A stretch of 64,000 nt of DNA, taken from positions 32,001-96,000 of the forward strand of contig CAWJTV010000012.1 in the NCBI GenBank assembly GCA_963845755.1. The letters run 5' to 3'. The position numbers and the translations under genes were made by a program. Each line of letters starts with the position of its first letter. The stretch's first letter is position 1. The notes under the pieces are model-generated. The model did not search any database, was not told the origin of the DNA, and saw only the letters and a program-made list of their open reading frames with translations. This document shows, one piece after another, positions 42,951-54,916 of this stretch. The stretch is from an uncultured Planctomycetota bacterium. GTDB taxonomy: Bacteria > Planctomycetota > Planctomycetia > Isosphaerales > Isosphaeraceae.

Positions 42951-44134
42951 ATGAGCCGTGCTGCAATCCGCGAAGGGGGCGTTTTGGCCGGTCTTCCCGT
43001 CAACCCCCACGAACGAATCGGGATGCTCAAACCCTTGGATACCGCGCCGGATCCGCCCGGTGTCGCCTCGGTCGAGTTGAAGATTCCAGGATACGAGGTT
43101 CTGGGTCGCATTCATGACGGGGTCATGGGCACGGTGTTCAAGGCCCGGCAGATCAGCGTTGATCGGATCGTCGCCATCAAGGTCCTGGGGGCGACCCGGG
43201 CACGCGATGCCGACCTCGTTGAGCGTTTCCGCCGCGAGTCGTTGATCGCCGCACAACTGTTACACCCTAACATCTTCGCCACGATCGACGCCGGGATGGC
43301 GAGCGGCCGGCCCTACCTGGTCATGGAATACGTCCGGGGATTGACGCTCCACGAGCTCCTTAATGTGCGGGAGACCTACGACGAAAGAACAGCGCTGCGG
43401 ATCGTACTGGACGTTGCGGGAGCACTTCGCTTCTTGCACCAGCATGGGCTAATCCACCGAGATATCAAGCCCGCAAACATCATCCTTACGCCGGAGGGCG
43501 TGGTGAAGCTGGTCAACCTGGGTTTGGCTCGACCTCTCGGAGATGAGACGTGGGCGGTGGCGGAGGCAGGGATGGCGGTGGGCACGCCAGAATACATGAG
43601 CCCAGAGCAGACGAGGGGGCAGAGCGACCTGGACATTCGAAGCGATCTTTACAGTCTTGGTGCCACGTTGTTCCACCTCGTCACGGGACGCGTCCCCTAT
43701 GGCGGCAAGACCGTCGCCGAGGCCATGCACCGACACGCGAGCCGCACGGATCCCTCTTCCCGCGCCGGAGTCGCTCAACGACGCGCTCACCAGCGGCCTC
43801 GGCGCCATCGTGCGGAAGTTGATGGCCTGGAGCCGAGAGGACCGCTACCGTAGTCCAGACGACCTCATCTTCGACCTCGCGAGGATGCTCCGAGGCGCTC
43901 GTCCGCTGATCGCCGAGTTCGCGCCGAAGCGCTCGCTCCGCTCGCCGTTGGTGAGGCCGCGGGCGCACGCCCGCCCGACGTGGCCGTGCCTCGGCCGCGC
44001 TGCGGAGCCGACGCCCGTTCCCGACCGGCGACGCCACCGGCGGTCTGCCCGTCTGGGTTTCCCTTCTTTTGTTCTCGGGCATGACCCTCTCGCTCTTGAT
44101 GACCGCCGCCGTCCTGATCGTGGTGTCCGGTTAA
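42951..44134 (+). CDS. Ser/Thr protein kinase (Hanks type), apparent frameshifts, end approximate
   Basis: VAIKVL, HRDIKPANI, GTPEYMSPEQ, SDLYSLG. DFG position reads NLG and the glycine loop is atypical. Confidence 0.85.
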
Positions 44135-44149
44135 TCGGTCCGCCCGCGT

Positions 44150-45206
44150 CTACCGCGACGCACCTTTACGCCACTCCTCGAGCCAGTCTTTCCCCTGTTC
44201 CTTCGTCAACGTCGAGAACAGGGCGTCGATGTCCGAGCACTTCGGCATGCCTCTTTGTTCGCACGCGAGCCCCCGGCGCACCAGGCCCGCGGATTCGCCG
44301 GTCCAGTCCCCCGTGGTCAGCGCGTTCGCCAGCGCGGCGAAATACCAGAGCCGCGCATCATTCGGGTAGTTCTGGACGAGAGTGAGAAAAACCTCGCCGC
44401 ACCGCTGAGTACTTCCCATCACGAAACAGACCGGCGCCGAGGTCCATGGCGAAGTAGGCCGGGCTGACCTGATCGGGCGCAGAGCGCGACACCACCGCTT
44501 CCTTCAGGGCATTCAACGATGCATCGAGCTGCTTTGGTACGGCGGCAACCTCCGTGCGAAGGCCGTTCAGGCCCTTGTCCAGCGCATCGACGCGCTGGCG
44601 GAGCGACTCGAATGTCGCCGGTAGCGGGGAGAGTCTTTGGCTCTCTTTGACGAGGTCGTCGATTCTCGTCCGCAGCGGTGCGAGGTCGGGCGGCGCGGGC
44701 GGCGTGGGCGGCGTGTTGGTCCTGGCGTTCAGACGGTGTTCGAGCCGGGCGAGCTCGCGACCGAGCGTGCCGAGCTCCAACTGCGCTTCGCCGATGCGCG
44801 ACGTCAAAGCGTCCACCGCGCTCTTCGAGGCCTTGGCGTCGATCGCACGCACGACTTCGCTCAGGTGTGAGTCCGTTGCCGCCGTGGCGGGGGGTTCCAT
44901 GCGTGCGGCGCCCTTCCGCGCGGCGGCCCATCCCGCGAGTCCTCCTCCCAGGAAGAACCCGATGTTGCCGGCGATGACCACGAGTACGACCGGCAACAAT
45001 GCTCGCCGCTCGATCACGACGCGAGGCGAAGCAAGGGCTCCGGCGAAGCGCGGGGGTAACGACGCATCGCGAGCCGGAAGCGACTGAGCGCGTCCATCCG
45101 ACACGGGGGATTCGGCGACCTCAAAGAAGTCGGGCGGTAGTCCGCCCGTCGAGGAGAGCGTCTCATCCGTCTCGAGCGGGTTGCGGTTACTCGGGTTTTC
45201 TGCCAT
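44150..45206 (-). CDS. Membrane-anchored coiled-coil protein with C-terminal TPR-like region, frameshift near 44400
   Basis: TM segment (VVLVVIAGNIGFFLGG), heptad region, then YPNDARLWYFAALA in the shifted frame. Confidence 0.6.
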
Positions 45207-45739
45207 TCACCGTCCGCCTTTCGAGAGTTGCCCCGGCATCCGATCGTCGCGAGGAAGACCATTCGCATCGTCAACCGGCCGCGCAACGCGTTCCTCAGCG
45301 CCCGGCCGCCCAATGGCGACTTGGCTGCAAAAGACGTTCCAACCAAAGCGAACCCCGGGTTTCACCCGGGGCTGGGCGCCTGGCGGCCCTTCAGGCCGCC
45401 GGACATCGGCGGTCCTCGTGTGCGCAAGCCAACTGTGGCGCGCTCTAGAGCACATGCGAAACGGCGTCGCGCGCAGGAGGGAACGAACGCGCGCCTCGCC
45501 GCGGCGCGCGCGGGGGGATGAGCTTCTCGCAGCGCGGAACAGTGCTTTCGATTCAATTAGTCATAATGTGAACAATTTACGAGATTGCCTGCGAAAAATC
45601 CACCTGTTATAGGTCCAAAGTCCTTGTCAGAAACTACTTGCGCCTAAGCTAGTGCCATTCGTGTCGTCGGGCCGACGCGGGCGAGTTCGTGGGGCAGTCT
45701 GAGCAGAGCAGAGATTCGCTCTGAGAGTCTGTCCCAGAA

Positions 45740-45818
45740 GGGCAAGCGGGGGGCGTCAGCCCCCTGTCCGGTGAGCGACGGCCTTCCAAGACAGGGGGCT
45801 GACGCCCCCCGCTCGCCC
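45740..45818. repeat. REP-like inverted repeat
   Basis: GCGGGGGGCGTCAGCCCCCTGTC (45746-45768) and its exact reverse complement (45790-45812). Confidence 0.85.
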
Positions 45819-45902
45819 GGAGACGGTCACTGGATCACTCACTCGTCCGTGGAAATCAAGCAGCCACGTTGCGTCTCTCATGTTGCCCGCTACAATCACA
45901 TC

Positions 45903-46637
45903 ATGGACGCGTCCACGCCGAAGCCGGGCTTCCCGACCACACGCTGGAGCCAGATCGCGCAAGCTGTCAACGGCGACGATCCGGTGGCCCGGGCGGCGCT
46001 TGAGGACTTGTGCAAGATCTACTGGTATCCGATCTATGCCTTCATCCGACGCAAGGGTCATGATGCGGAGCAGGCCCGCGACCTGACGCAGGACTATTTC
46101 GCCCGGCTGCTAGAGAAGCGCACCGTCGCGGCCGCCGACCGGAGCAAGGGCCGCTTCCGTAGCTTCCTCCTGCGGGACTGTTCCTTCTTCCTGGCCAACC
46201 GCAGGGATCGCGATCGGGCGGTCAAGCGTGGAGCGGGACGGCCCGTCCTGTCGTTCGACGCCTGCGAGGCCGAGAGCCGCTTTCTCACGGAACCCTGGCA
46301 CGACCTGACCCCCGAGCGCCTCTTCGATCGGGCCTGGGCCCTGACCCTGCTTTCCCGGGCCTTCGACCGACTGACCGCCGACTATGCCACGTCCGACCGC
46401 GGCGCACTGTTCGATCGGCTCCAGGGGGTTCTCACCGCCGGTTCCGATGCTGTCGCTTACGCCGAGATCGCGGCTCAGCTCGGGATGACCGAGCAGGCCG
46501 TCCAGCAAGCCGCCAGCCGATTGCGCAAGCGTTATCGCAAGGCACTCCGCGACGAGATCGCCGCGACCCTCGACGACCCGCAAGAGGCCGACATCACCTC
46601 CGAGATCCGGGATCTCCATGGCGCCCTGACCGGCTGA
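45903..46637 (+). CDS. ECF RNA polymerase sigma factor (kinase-associated type)
   Basis: FPTTRWS, LCKIYWYPIYAFIRRKG, DLTQDYF, GRFRSFL, FDRAWALTLL, YAEIAAQLGM. Confidence 0.9.
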   Translation: MDASTPKPGFPTTRWSQIAQAVNGDDPVARAALEDLCKIYWYPIYAFIRRKGHDAEQARDLTQDYFARLLEKRTVAAADRSKGRFRSFLLRDCSFFLANRRDRDRAVKRGAGRPVLSFDACEAESRFLTEPWHDLTPERLFDRAWALTLLSRAFDRLTADYATSDRGALFDRLQGVLTAGSDAVAYAEIAAQLGMTEQAVQQAASRLRKRYRKALRDEIAATLDDPQEADITSEIRDLHGALTG

Positions 46638-46742
46638 CGGTCTCAAGAAACGCGCGATGGGGCTGTCAGTTATCACGGCGGATTCTTTAGAAGAAGGTGG
46701 GAGGGGAGACAACCCGCTGGGACCTTGCCCGGAGAATCCGCG

Positions 46743-49700
46743 ATGGCTCAACCGCGATCCTGTCCGGTCTGCAATGCCCTGATACCCCAGGGCTCGCCAC
46801 GTAACCTCTGCCCTCAATGCCTCTTGCGCGGCGTGCTGGAGGACGATTCGGGGGACCGCCGGGGGAACGGGGACGACGGCGCATCCGTGACCCGGGCCAG
46901 CGTTCTGGACTCAATCGCCGCCACGATCGGTTCCGTTCCTCGTGTTCTGTTGCGCAACACGGGGCCCGGCGAGCCGCCCAGCCCGATCGTCCGGCCCCAG
47001 GATCCCGAGGACGCCGATGCCACGATCCGCTATCGCATCGACGGCGAGATCGCCCGCGGCGGCATGGGTGCCGTGCTCAAGGGGCGTGACCCCGATCTGG
47101 GTCGCGATGTGGCGTTGAAGGTCTTGCGCGAGGACCACCGCGACAACCCCGACCTGATCCGCCGGTTCATCGAGGAGGCACAGATCGGCGGCCAGCTCCA
47201 GCATCCCGGCGTCGTGCCGATCTACGAGCTGGGCACCTTCTCAGACCGCCGGCCGTTCTTCTCGATGAAGCTGGTCAAGGGCCACACCCTGGCGGAACTG
47301 CTCGAGGACCGAGCCGGTCCGGCCGACGACCTGCCGCGGTTGCTCTCGATCTATGAGGCTATTTGCCAGACGGTCGCCTACGCGCACGCCCGGGGCGTGA
47401 TCCACCGGGATCTGAAGCCCTCGAACGTGATGGTCGGCAGCTTCGGTGAGGTGCAGGTGATGGACTGGGGGCTGGCCAAGGTGCTGCCCCGCGGCGGGGT
47501 GGTGGATGACGCGCGGGCGGGCACGAGCGGGCGTCAGGAGACGGTCATCGCCACGGCGCGGAGCGGCTCGGACGAGCCGGGGCTGTCGCACGCCGGCTCG
47601 GTGATGGGCACGCCGAGCTACATGGCGCCGGAGCAGGCCCGAGGCGAGATCGACCAGGTCGACGAGCGGGCCGACGTCTTCGCGCTGGGCTCGATCCTCT
47701 GCGAAGTCCTCACCGGCGTGCCGGCATTCCGGGGCCGGTCGGTCGGCGAGATCCAGCGCAACGCGGCGGTGGGCGACACGGCCGACGCCCTGGCCCGGCT
47801 GGACCGATGCGGCGTCGATGCCGAACTGATCGCGATCGCCAAGGATTGTCTGGCACGGGAGCGCGAAGACCGGCCGCGTTCGGCCGGCGGCGTTTCCGAA
47901 CGCGTGCGGGCTTACCTCGCCTCGGTTCAGGAGAAGCTGAAGGTGGCGGATCGCGATCGCGCGGTGGCCGAGGCCCGGGTGGTGGAAGAGCGGAAACAGC
48001 GGCGGCTCCAGGTCGGCCTGGCCGCGGCGGTGATGGCCCTGATGGCGCTGGGAGGAGGAGGTTACCTCTGGAATCAAGGGCAGAAGGCCGAGCGGATGGC
48101 GAAGACGGCCCGCGGCGTCAACGACGCCCTGGCCGACGCGTCGCGGCTGCAAGGCGAGGCCCAGGCCGCCCCACCGGGCGATCTCACGAAATGGGACCTG
48201 GCCCTCTCGGCGGCCACGCGCGCCCGCGACCTACTGGCGCAGGGCGAGGCGGACGCGTCCCTCCAGGAGCGGGTGAACGGCTTCCTGGACCAGCTCGAAA
48301 AGGAGCAGTCCGCTGCCGCCGACAAGGCGGCTCGCGTGAAAGCCGATCGTGCCCTGCTCGCCCAGCTCGAATTGATCCGCGGCACCCCCGAGCCAACGGG
48401 TTCAACGGAATCAGATCGGGACAGACCGACGCCGAGTACGCCGCGGCGTTCCAGAAGGCCGGGCTCGACCTCGAGAAGACGGAGCCTGCCCTCGCAGGTC
48501 AGTGGCTGGCGGCGCGAACCGACCCAATCGAGCTGGCCAGCTTCCTCGACGACTGGTCTGACACCCGCAGGGAGACGGGGCGACCGGCGGCCGAATGGCG
48601 TCGGCTCGTGGCGGCCGCCCGGGCCGCCGACCCCGATCCCTGGCGCGATGCCCTCCGCGCGGGTCGGTGACGACGACGCCGTCGCCGTCGCCGAGTTTCG
48701 CCGTCTCGCCGATCAGGAAAAGGCCCTCGATGGTCAGCCGGCGGCGAGCCTGGTGTTGCTCGCCCGCCAGCTCAGATGGGTGGGCAGTGATACGGAGCGA
48801 GCGGCACGTGTTCTGCGGCGGGCCGTTCTCCGCCATCCCGGCGACTACTGGGCGCATAGCGAACTCGGCTCCGTCTTCTACTTCTACCACCAGGTGCGAG
48901 CCCGACCTTCGTCCGAGGACGAGGAGATGCTCCGGCACAGGGCCGCCGCGGTGGCCCTCCGCCCGACCAGTCCGGTGGCTCATCGCAATTTCGGCGAGCT
49001 GCTCCAGCACGTGGGGAGACGGGACCAGGCCATCGCCGAATTCGGCGAGGCCGTCCGACTCAAGCCCGACTGGGCCGAGGCCCGCTGGGTGCTCGGCAGC
49101 GCGCTTGCGGCTCAAGGCGAGGATGACCTCGCCATCGCCGAATTCCGCACCGCCATCCGGTTGGACCCCGACCAGACCATTGGACTTAAAGGCCTCGTCG
49201 GCGTTATTCGGAAGCAAGGGAAGGAAAACGACGCCGTCGTCGAATTCCACGAGGCCGTCCGACTTCGGCCCGATGACGTGAACGCGCATCGCAACCTCGC
49301 CCGCGTCCTGGAGGAACTCGGGAGGCGCGACGAGGCCATCGCTGCTTACCGCGACGCGATCCGGCGGAAGCCGGATAACCCCCAGACCCATAACGAGCTC
49401 GCCGACCTGCTGAGGAAAGCGGGGAAATTCGACGACGCTGTCGCCGAGTTTCGCGAAGCCATCAGGCTCAAGCCAGACTTCCCAGGCTCGTATATCGACC
49501 TCGGCGTTACCCTGAACAGACAGGGAAAAGTCGATGACGCCGTTGCCGCCTACCGCGAGTGCCTCCGGGTTGACCCAAGTAATTGGCTGGCCCGCTTGAA
49601 CCTCGGCGCCATGTTGAGCGAACAAGGGAAGCCGGACCTGGCCGTCCCCCTCTACCGCGAGGCGATCCGTCTCAGTCCTTATAGCCGCACGAATTTCCTC

Positions 49701-50939
49701 ATCCGCCGCAACCTAGGCGGTGCCTTGCGGGCCCAGGGAAAATTGGACGAGGCCGTCGCCGAATACCGCGAAGCGGCCCGATTCCTCGGCTAGCCTTTCA
49801 TAGGGAGGCTGCTCGTCGAGACGATCAGCATTCAAGGAAAGCTGCAACAGTATCTCGCCGAATTGCAGGAGGCGATCCGGCTGAAGCCCGACGACTTTTT
49901 TGCTCATTACAGCCTCGCCCTCGCGCTCCAGCGGGAAAACAAGCTGGAGCGGGCGGTCGCTGAATTCCGCGAGGCGATCCGGCTCGTTCCAGAGTTTGCG
50001 AGCGAGCCCGACCTCCGCATCGCTCTCATGGCTCTGGGCAAACTCGACGACGAGATCACCACGGTACGCAACCAGGTCGAACAGGCGCGCAAAAGCCACG
50101 GGCCGGCCCATGATCTCACGGCCGGTGCCCTCGCGCAGCTCGGCGGATTACTCGTGAGACACGGCAAATGGTCGGAGGCCGAACCCGTCCTCAGGGAGTG
50201 CCTGGCGATCCGCGAGAAGAAGCAGCCCGATGTGTGGACGACGTTCAACGCGCGCAGCATGCTTGGCGGCAGTCTGCTGGGACAAGGAAAGCACGCCGAG
50301 GCCGAACCTCTGATCCTATCGGGCTACGAGGGTTTGAAGGCCCGCGTCGGCAAGGACCCGGCCGGCTCCGAACAGCGCCTCGCCGCAGCCTCCGAGCGGG
50401 TGGTGGAGCTCTACGAATCCTGGGGTAAGAAGGACAAAGCGGCCGAATGGCGGGCCAGGCTTGTCCCGAAGACCTTTGCGGAGCGCATGGGCTTCGCCGA
50501 TCTGTTCTACGAGCGGAAGCAATACGCCGCCGCCGCCCGGCTCTGGGCCGAGGCCCTGGAGGCCGAGCCGAAGCGTGCCGAGAGCCGTCAGTCCCCGGAC
50601 CGGTACAACGCCGTGTGCTGCGCTGCCCTGGCCGCCTCCGGGCAAGGTCAGGACAAACCTCCCCCCGATGACGCCGAGCGGGCGAAGTTCCGGGGCCAGG
50701 CCCTCCAGTGGCTCAAGGCCGAGTTCGCCGCCTGGTCCCGGGTCCTCGACGCCGGCCCAGCCGAGATGAAGGCCAGGGTCGCGCCGACCCTCGCGCACTG
50801 GAAGGACGACGCCGACCTGGCCGGGATTCGCGATCCCGATCCGCTCTCGAAGCTTCCGGAGGCCGAACAGAAGGCGTGGCGGGCGCTCTGGGCCGAGGTC
50901 GAAGCTCTCTTGAAGAGGGCTCAGCGGTCGGCCCCGTAA
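46743..50939 (+). CDS. Ser/Thr protein kinase with TM segment and many TPR repeats, several apparent frameshifts
   Basis: N-terminal CPVC...CPQC, IARGGMGAV, HRDLKPSN, DWGLAK, GTPSYMAPEQ; TPRs of the AEFREAIRLKPD type; continues in ORF 49863..50939. Confidence 0.9.
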
Positions 50940-51146
50940 CCTGGTCTACAAGGTCGGGATCGCCGATAACGACGATATTTACCTCGCCATTGGGGAGGAG
51001 GACCATGAAGCGATCTATGCCGGCCTGGGCCCGTGAGGGTGCGCGAGGTGCCGGATCGCACAGATGGGTACGGGCGAGTCGATAGGGGCAGGTGGAAACC
51101 GGTAGTTAGCCCTGCTGCCGTCGGAGACAAATCGGGCCATTTCTTA

Positions 51147-51334
51147 GAGCGCTTCACAGTTGGGTTGCACACACGCGAATCCGGTTCCCAAAGAACCCCC
51201 CGGAACCCCCCCTTCGCAAGGGGGGGAGAATTGAGGAGGAGTGGCCCATTTCCTGTCCCCCCCTTGCGAAGGGGGGGTTCCGGGGGGTGTATTCGCATCG
51301 CTCTGGGCGTGCGCAACGCAATTGGTAAGCGCTC
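51147..51334. mobile_element. MITE flanked by TA with an internal perfect 33-bp inverted repeat
   Basis: Ends GAGCGCTTCACAGTTGGGTTGCACAC and (reverse complement) GAGCGCTTACCAATTGCGTTGCGCAC. Internal ACCCCCCGGAACCCCCCCTTCGCAAGGGGGGGA at 51195-51227, inverted at 51256-51288. Confidence 0.75.
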
Positions 51335-51380
51335 TAGACCATCGAACTGACTCTCGACTCGAAACAGCGGCCCACATCGA

Positions 51381-51692
51381 TCAGGGGATACGCGTGTTGG
51401 AGAGGCTTATGAAAAACCAGATCATGACCGCGACTGCTAGAGTCAATGAGCCGACAGAGATCACCATCCCGATCTTCCCGGCGGTCGCTCGCCTGGCTGC
51501 GATCCCGAACCCCAGCCCGAGGAGTTCCATGACGATCGCGGCGAGCAATCCCAAGAAAACATACACAATGCCTTCGAAGCCGCCCGTGGGAAGGAACATG
51601 AGTGCAAGAACGATGAAAGTGACAGGCAAGACAATGCCGAGGATCGATATCCAGAGGCTGGCCCTTCCTCGCTGACTTCTTTCATTGTCCAT
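51381..51692 (-). CDS. Small hypothetical membrane protein (3 TM)
   Basis: Three hydrophobic helices. Confidence 0.6.
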   Translation of the reverse strand: MDNERSQRGRASLWISILGIVLPVTFIVLALMFLPTGGFEGIVYVFLGLLAAIVMELLGLGFGIAARRATAGKIGMVISVGSLTLAVAVMIWFFISLSNTRIP

Positions 51693-51766
51693 CGCTTGCG
51701 TCACCAACCAGTCCGGAGAATAACGCGCCTCGGGCCGGAGTTTCCCCCGGCCCTGGCGCTTGAGTT

Positions 51767-52087
51767 TCATGTCGATTGCCACTGGCTCTCGACTTCCTTA
51801 TGGTCCTTGCTGAGGTGAACATGGTCGTGGACTTTCGCCACCCAGGCCAGCGGGATCAGGTGATGCTGGCCGTCGGGGCTGTCGCTCTTCGTGAGCTTGA
51901 TCCGATCGCCTTGGACCCGGTCCACCTTGCCGACGAAATTGCCGCAGGAGGCATAGACCTCCATGTGCTCCCGGATGTCGGAGGGCGAACCGACCGGGCC
52001 TTTGCTCTCCGAGAGCGGAACGTGGGGCTCGTGCCCCATGTGCGTCGCATGGTGGCCGCCCTGGGCGGTATTTGAATTTGAAGACAT
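51767..52087 (-). CDS. DUF2171 family protein
   Basis: IREHMEVYASCG..VGKVDRVQGDRIKLTKSD..DGQHHLIPLAWV. Confidence 0.85.
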   Translation of the reverse strand: MSSNSNTAQGGHHATHMGHEPHVPLSESKGPVGSPSDIREHMEVYASCGNFVGKVDRVQGDRIKLTKSDSPDGQHHLIPLAWVAKVHDHVHLSKDHKEVESQWQST

Positions 52088-52182
52088 GGCAGTTCTCCTC
52101 TGGGATATTCGAATCAAGAACCCGCTGAGTACGATTCGGCAAACTGCATGCCGGTCAGTCACCGCAGAGGAGAACTTCGCGT

Positions 52183-52410
52183 TCATTCGGCCGCGAGACG
52201 GATCGACGTTTGGAGACGCTCGGCGTCGGTCAAGAGCGAAAATCCCAGATCGCCGTAGGCATGGGCGGTGAGGATGGGTTGCCCGTCACGAATCGGACGG
52301 GGTTCCGTCGCATGCCGCTTGATAGCCTGGACCATCGCGGGCCTGGGGATTGCAGCGAGGAAATCGGGAGTCGCAACGATGGCACCGAGACGAAAGCGTG
52401 CGGGTTGCAT
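52183..52410 (-). CDS. Small hypothetical protein
   Basis: RFRLGAIVATP...RH...TDAERLQT resembles a small family I recall from mobile elements. Confidence 0.5.
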   Translation of the reverse strand: MQPARFRLGAIVATPDFLAAIPRPAMVQAIKRHATEPRPIRDGQPILTAHAYGDLGFSLLTDAERLQTSIRLAAE

Positions 52411-52855
52411 GGGCGTTTCTCCGTATGAGCCCGGTTCGACAAAGGAGGAATGAATTCGGCAGGGAATTCGTTCGGCCGGCGGTTTTATTCGGCCGCTTCC
52501 TCGTCAAAGCAAGCGCCGTGCCGACACTCCGGGAAAAACAGGACAGGAAGCGGGCCATTCTTCCCGGCCGGTTCACGGATCGACTCCACCCGACGGTACG
52601 GTTGGCGGAGCGAGCCGAGAAACCCACTCGGCCGCGCGAACGCGTCGGCCGGGAACTCTGGATCTCCCCCTTCGAACTCGGTGACCCTGGAGGTTGTCGA
52701 CAACCCGATTCTCTGAGGTGGTTTCAAAAGGTGGACAGGCACCTCGAAGAGTCGGAGGCAGTCCCCGTTTTGAAACAGCTTGTCTGGGGTATCGTGGCGG
52801 AGTGCTCCGGTCTGATCGACGCGGAAGTGCCCCCAATCGCCTGGAGTGGGCCGCC

Positions 52856-53072
52856 TCAATCGGACTCACCTGTTGCCTGGTGCCGAATCTCGCAGTGTGG
52901 GAGCGCGGCCCGAAGTCGTCGCACACCGTCCACGGTGATCCGGGTTTCTCGGACATCCAGCAACTCCAATTGCGGGAACTCCTCGAGTATCGGAACGACG
53001 TTGTCTCCGATCTCGGTCCGGCGAAACGTCACTCGGCTCACGGAATCCGCGCCTCGGCCGGTCATCGAGTCA
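52856..53072 (-). pseudogene. C-terminal LRR-like fragment separated from its N-terminus by the IS5 element
   Basis: TEIGDNVVPILEEFPQLELLDVRETRITVDGVRRLRAALPHCEIRH; no own start outside the IS. Confidence 0.6.
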
Positions 53073-53075
53073 TTA

Positions 53076-53980
53076 GAGCGCTCGGAAAAAATGAATCCAC
53101 TGGCACGCTGTCTGCTCTTGAGTCCTTCGGAGAGTGATCTCCCGAACCGAAGGAGGACCACCATGAAACCCCTTGTCTCCGATGCGCTGTGGAAGCGCCT
53201 GGAGCCCTTGCTGCCACCCCCGCCTCCGCGCCGCTTCCGCTTCCCGGGACGCAAACCCCTGGACTACCGCAAGATCCTCACCGGCATCTTGTTCGTGCTC
53301 AAGACCGGCATCGCCTGGGACGACTTGCCCGCCGACCTCGGCTGCGGCTGCGGCAAGACCTGCCGGTCCTACCTGCAGGCGTGGCAGCAGGCCGGTGTCT
53401 GGCGCCAGTTGCACGCCGTCTTGCTGGCCGAGCTCAACGGCGCTGACGCGATCGACTGGGAGCGGGCGCTGATCGACGCCTCCTTCGCCAAGGCCCCGGA
53501 AGGGGGCGAGGATACCGGCCCGAATCCGACGGACCGGAGCAAATCCGGCAGCAAGCACCACGTGATGACCGACGCCCAAGGCGTGCCGCTGGCGGCGACG
53601 GTGACCGCCGCCAACGTCCCCGAGATCACCCAGGTCTTCACGACGCTCGACGACATGCCGCCGGTGGGCGGCAAGCCGGGGCCGAAGCGGCAGAAGCCCG
53701 ACCGCTTGCAGGGGGATCGGGGCTACGACTCGGAACCGGTGCGGCAGGGTTTGCGCAGGCCGGGGGACCACGCCGGTGCTGGCGGCCCGCAATACGGAGC
53801 ACGGCAGCGGTTTGGGCAAGTCCCGCTGGTACGTAGAGCGGACCATCGCGTGGCTGCACTCCTTCGGCCGGCTGCGCCGCCGTTTGGATCGGCTCACCGA
53901 GATTCAAGACGCGTTCCTCAAGTTAGCATGTTCCTTGATCTGTTTGAGGCTCCTGGGCCAGTGAACTGATTTTTTCGACA
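53076..53980 (+). mobile_element. IS5-family insertion sequence (ends approximate)
   Basis: Left end (TTA)GAGCGCTCGGAAAAAAT; partial right end ATTTTTTCGACA; contains the transposase. Confidence 0.75.
53163..53964 (+). CDS. IS5-family transposase (DUF4096 + DDE), frameshift near 53760
   Basis: SDALWKRLEPLLP, ILFVLKTGIAWDDLP, IDAS, GSKHH..TDAQGVPL, GDRGYDS, RWYVERTIAWL..FGRL. Confidence 0.92.
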
Positions 53981-54643
53981 AGGAAGGAAACCCCGGTTGA
54001 ACTCGAACCCGAAGACATTCACGCGCTCGGCCGCTCCGGCGGCGAGCCTCCGGTCTCGCAATTGCTCAACCGCCTTCTTGCTCAATGCGCGGCCGTAGAA
54101 TTCGGCGGAGATCCAACCCGATTGATCCACCGCGACGGACAGGCCGGCCAGGCGCCCGACATCCCAGAACAACCAGGTGATCCCGCGTGTGGTCATGGCA
54201 AGGGCGATTACAAGGGCGACCAGGATTATGGTCAGTCGGAGCGATCTGGGACCCTCCGTCAGCCTTGCCTTCTCATCAAGCGGCACCGATCTCAGGGCGC
54301 GGTGGGCCAGCCCTCCCGTGATCACGCCCGAGACCAGTCCGATGAATAGAGAGATGAGCAGGATCTGGAACCGGCGCCGCTCGGTCAGGAACAGGCCGGC
54401 GAATACGGCTGGCCAACCGAACAACGAGACGGCGAGTAGAGTCTGAGTGAGAATCGGTTTCGCGAAATGGCCACCCTGGATCAGAAGGACCTGTGACAAG
54501 GCGAAGGCGATCAACGGTAGGATCACCGCAAGGACGAAGGCGATCACGGGAAGAGCCGCATGCCAGCCGACCCTGGACCCGATCCAACAGGCCAACGCCG
54601 AGGCGACGATGAGACCGATGATGTGCCAGATCCGGAACTGCAT
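53981..54643 (-). pseudogene. N-terminal membrane portion of the IS-interrupted gene
   Basis: MQFRIWHIIGLIV start and several TM helices; reading frame runs into the IS end. Confidence 0.55.
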
Positions 54644-54916
54644 CGCAATCGCCTCGAGTTCGCCGAAGACCGGTACGAGCCTTCGGCCGGGAGGGCATCG
54701 TTCCCATGATACACGGACTCGCGGGTTTCCTCGCGTTTTCCGGCTGTCCTCGCGCGGCGTTCAACCGATGGAGCGAACGCGCTCACGGTCCGCGCGATCT
54801 CGCGGCGATGGCGGCAGCTCTCGCGTCCCCGGGGTCGGCCTCTTCACGTCGGGATCCTGATGAGATAGTCTGGGGTCGTTGTCTGGGGTTGGCTTGCGGG
54901 ATGGAGGACGATCGCG

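Noticed and set aside
45565..45585. Rex-like site ATGTGAACAATTTACGA
   Set aside because: Spacing is off by one and the right half-site is poor.
46191..46200. FLAN in the ECF sigma as another Asp-to-Asn miscall
   Set aside because: Asn is common at this position in this sigma type, and the context is not GTYRAC.
52350..53162. Long N-terminal extension on the IS5 transposase (539-aa ORF)
   Set aside because: The transposase begins at ATG 53163 after AGGAGG; the upstream part is fortuitous read-through outside the element.
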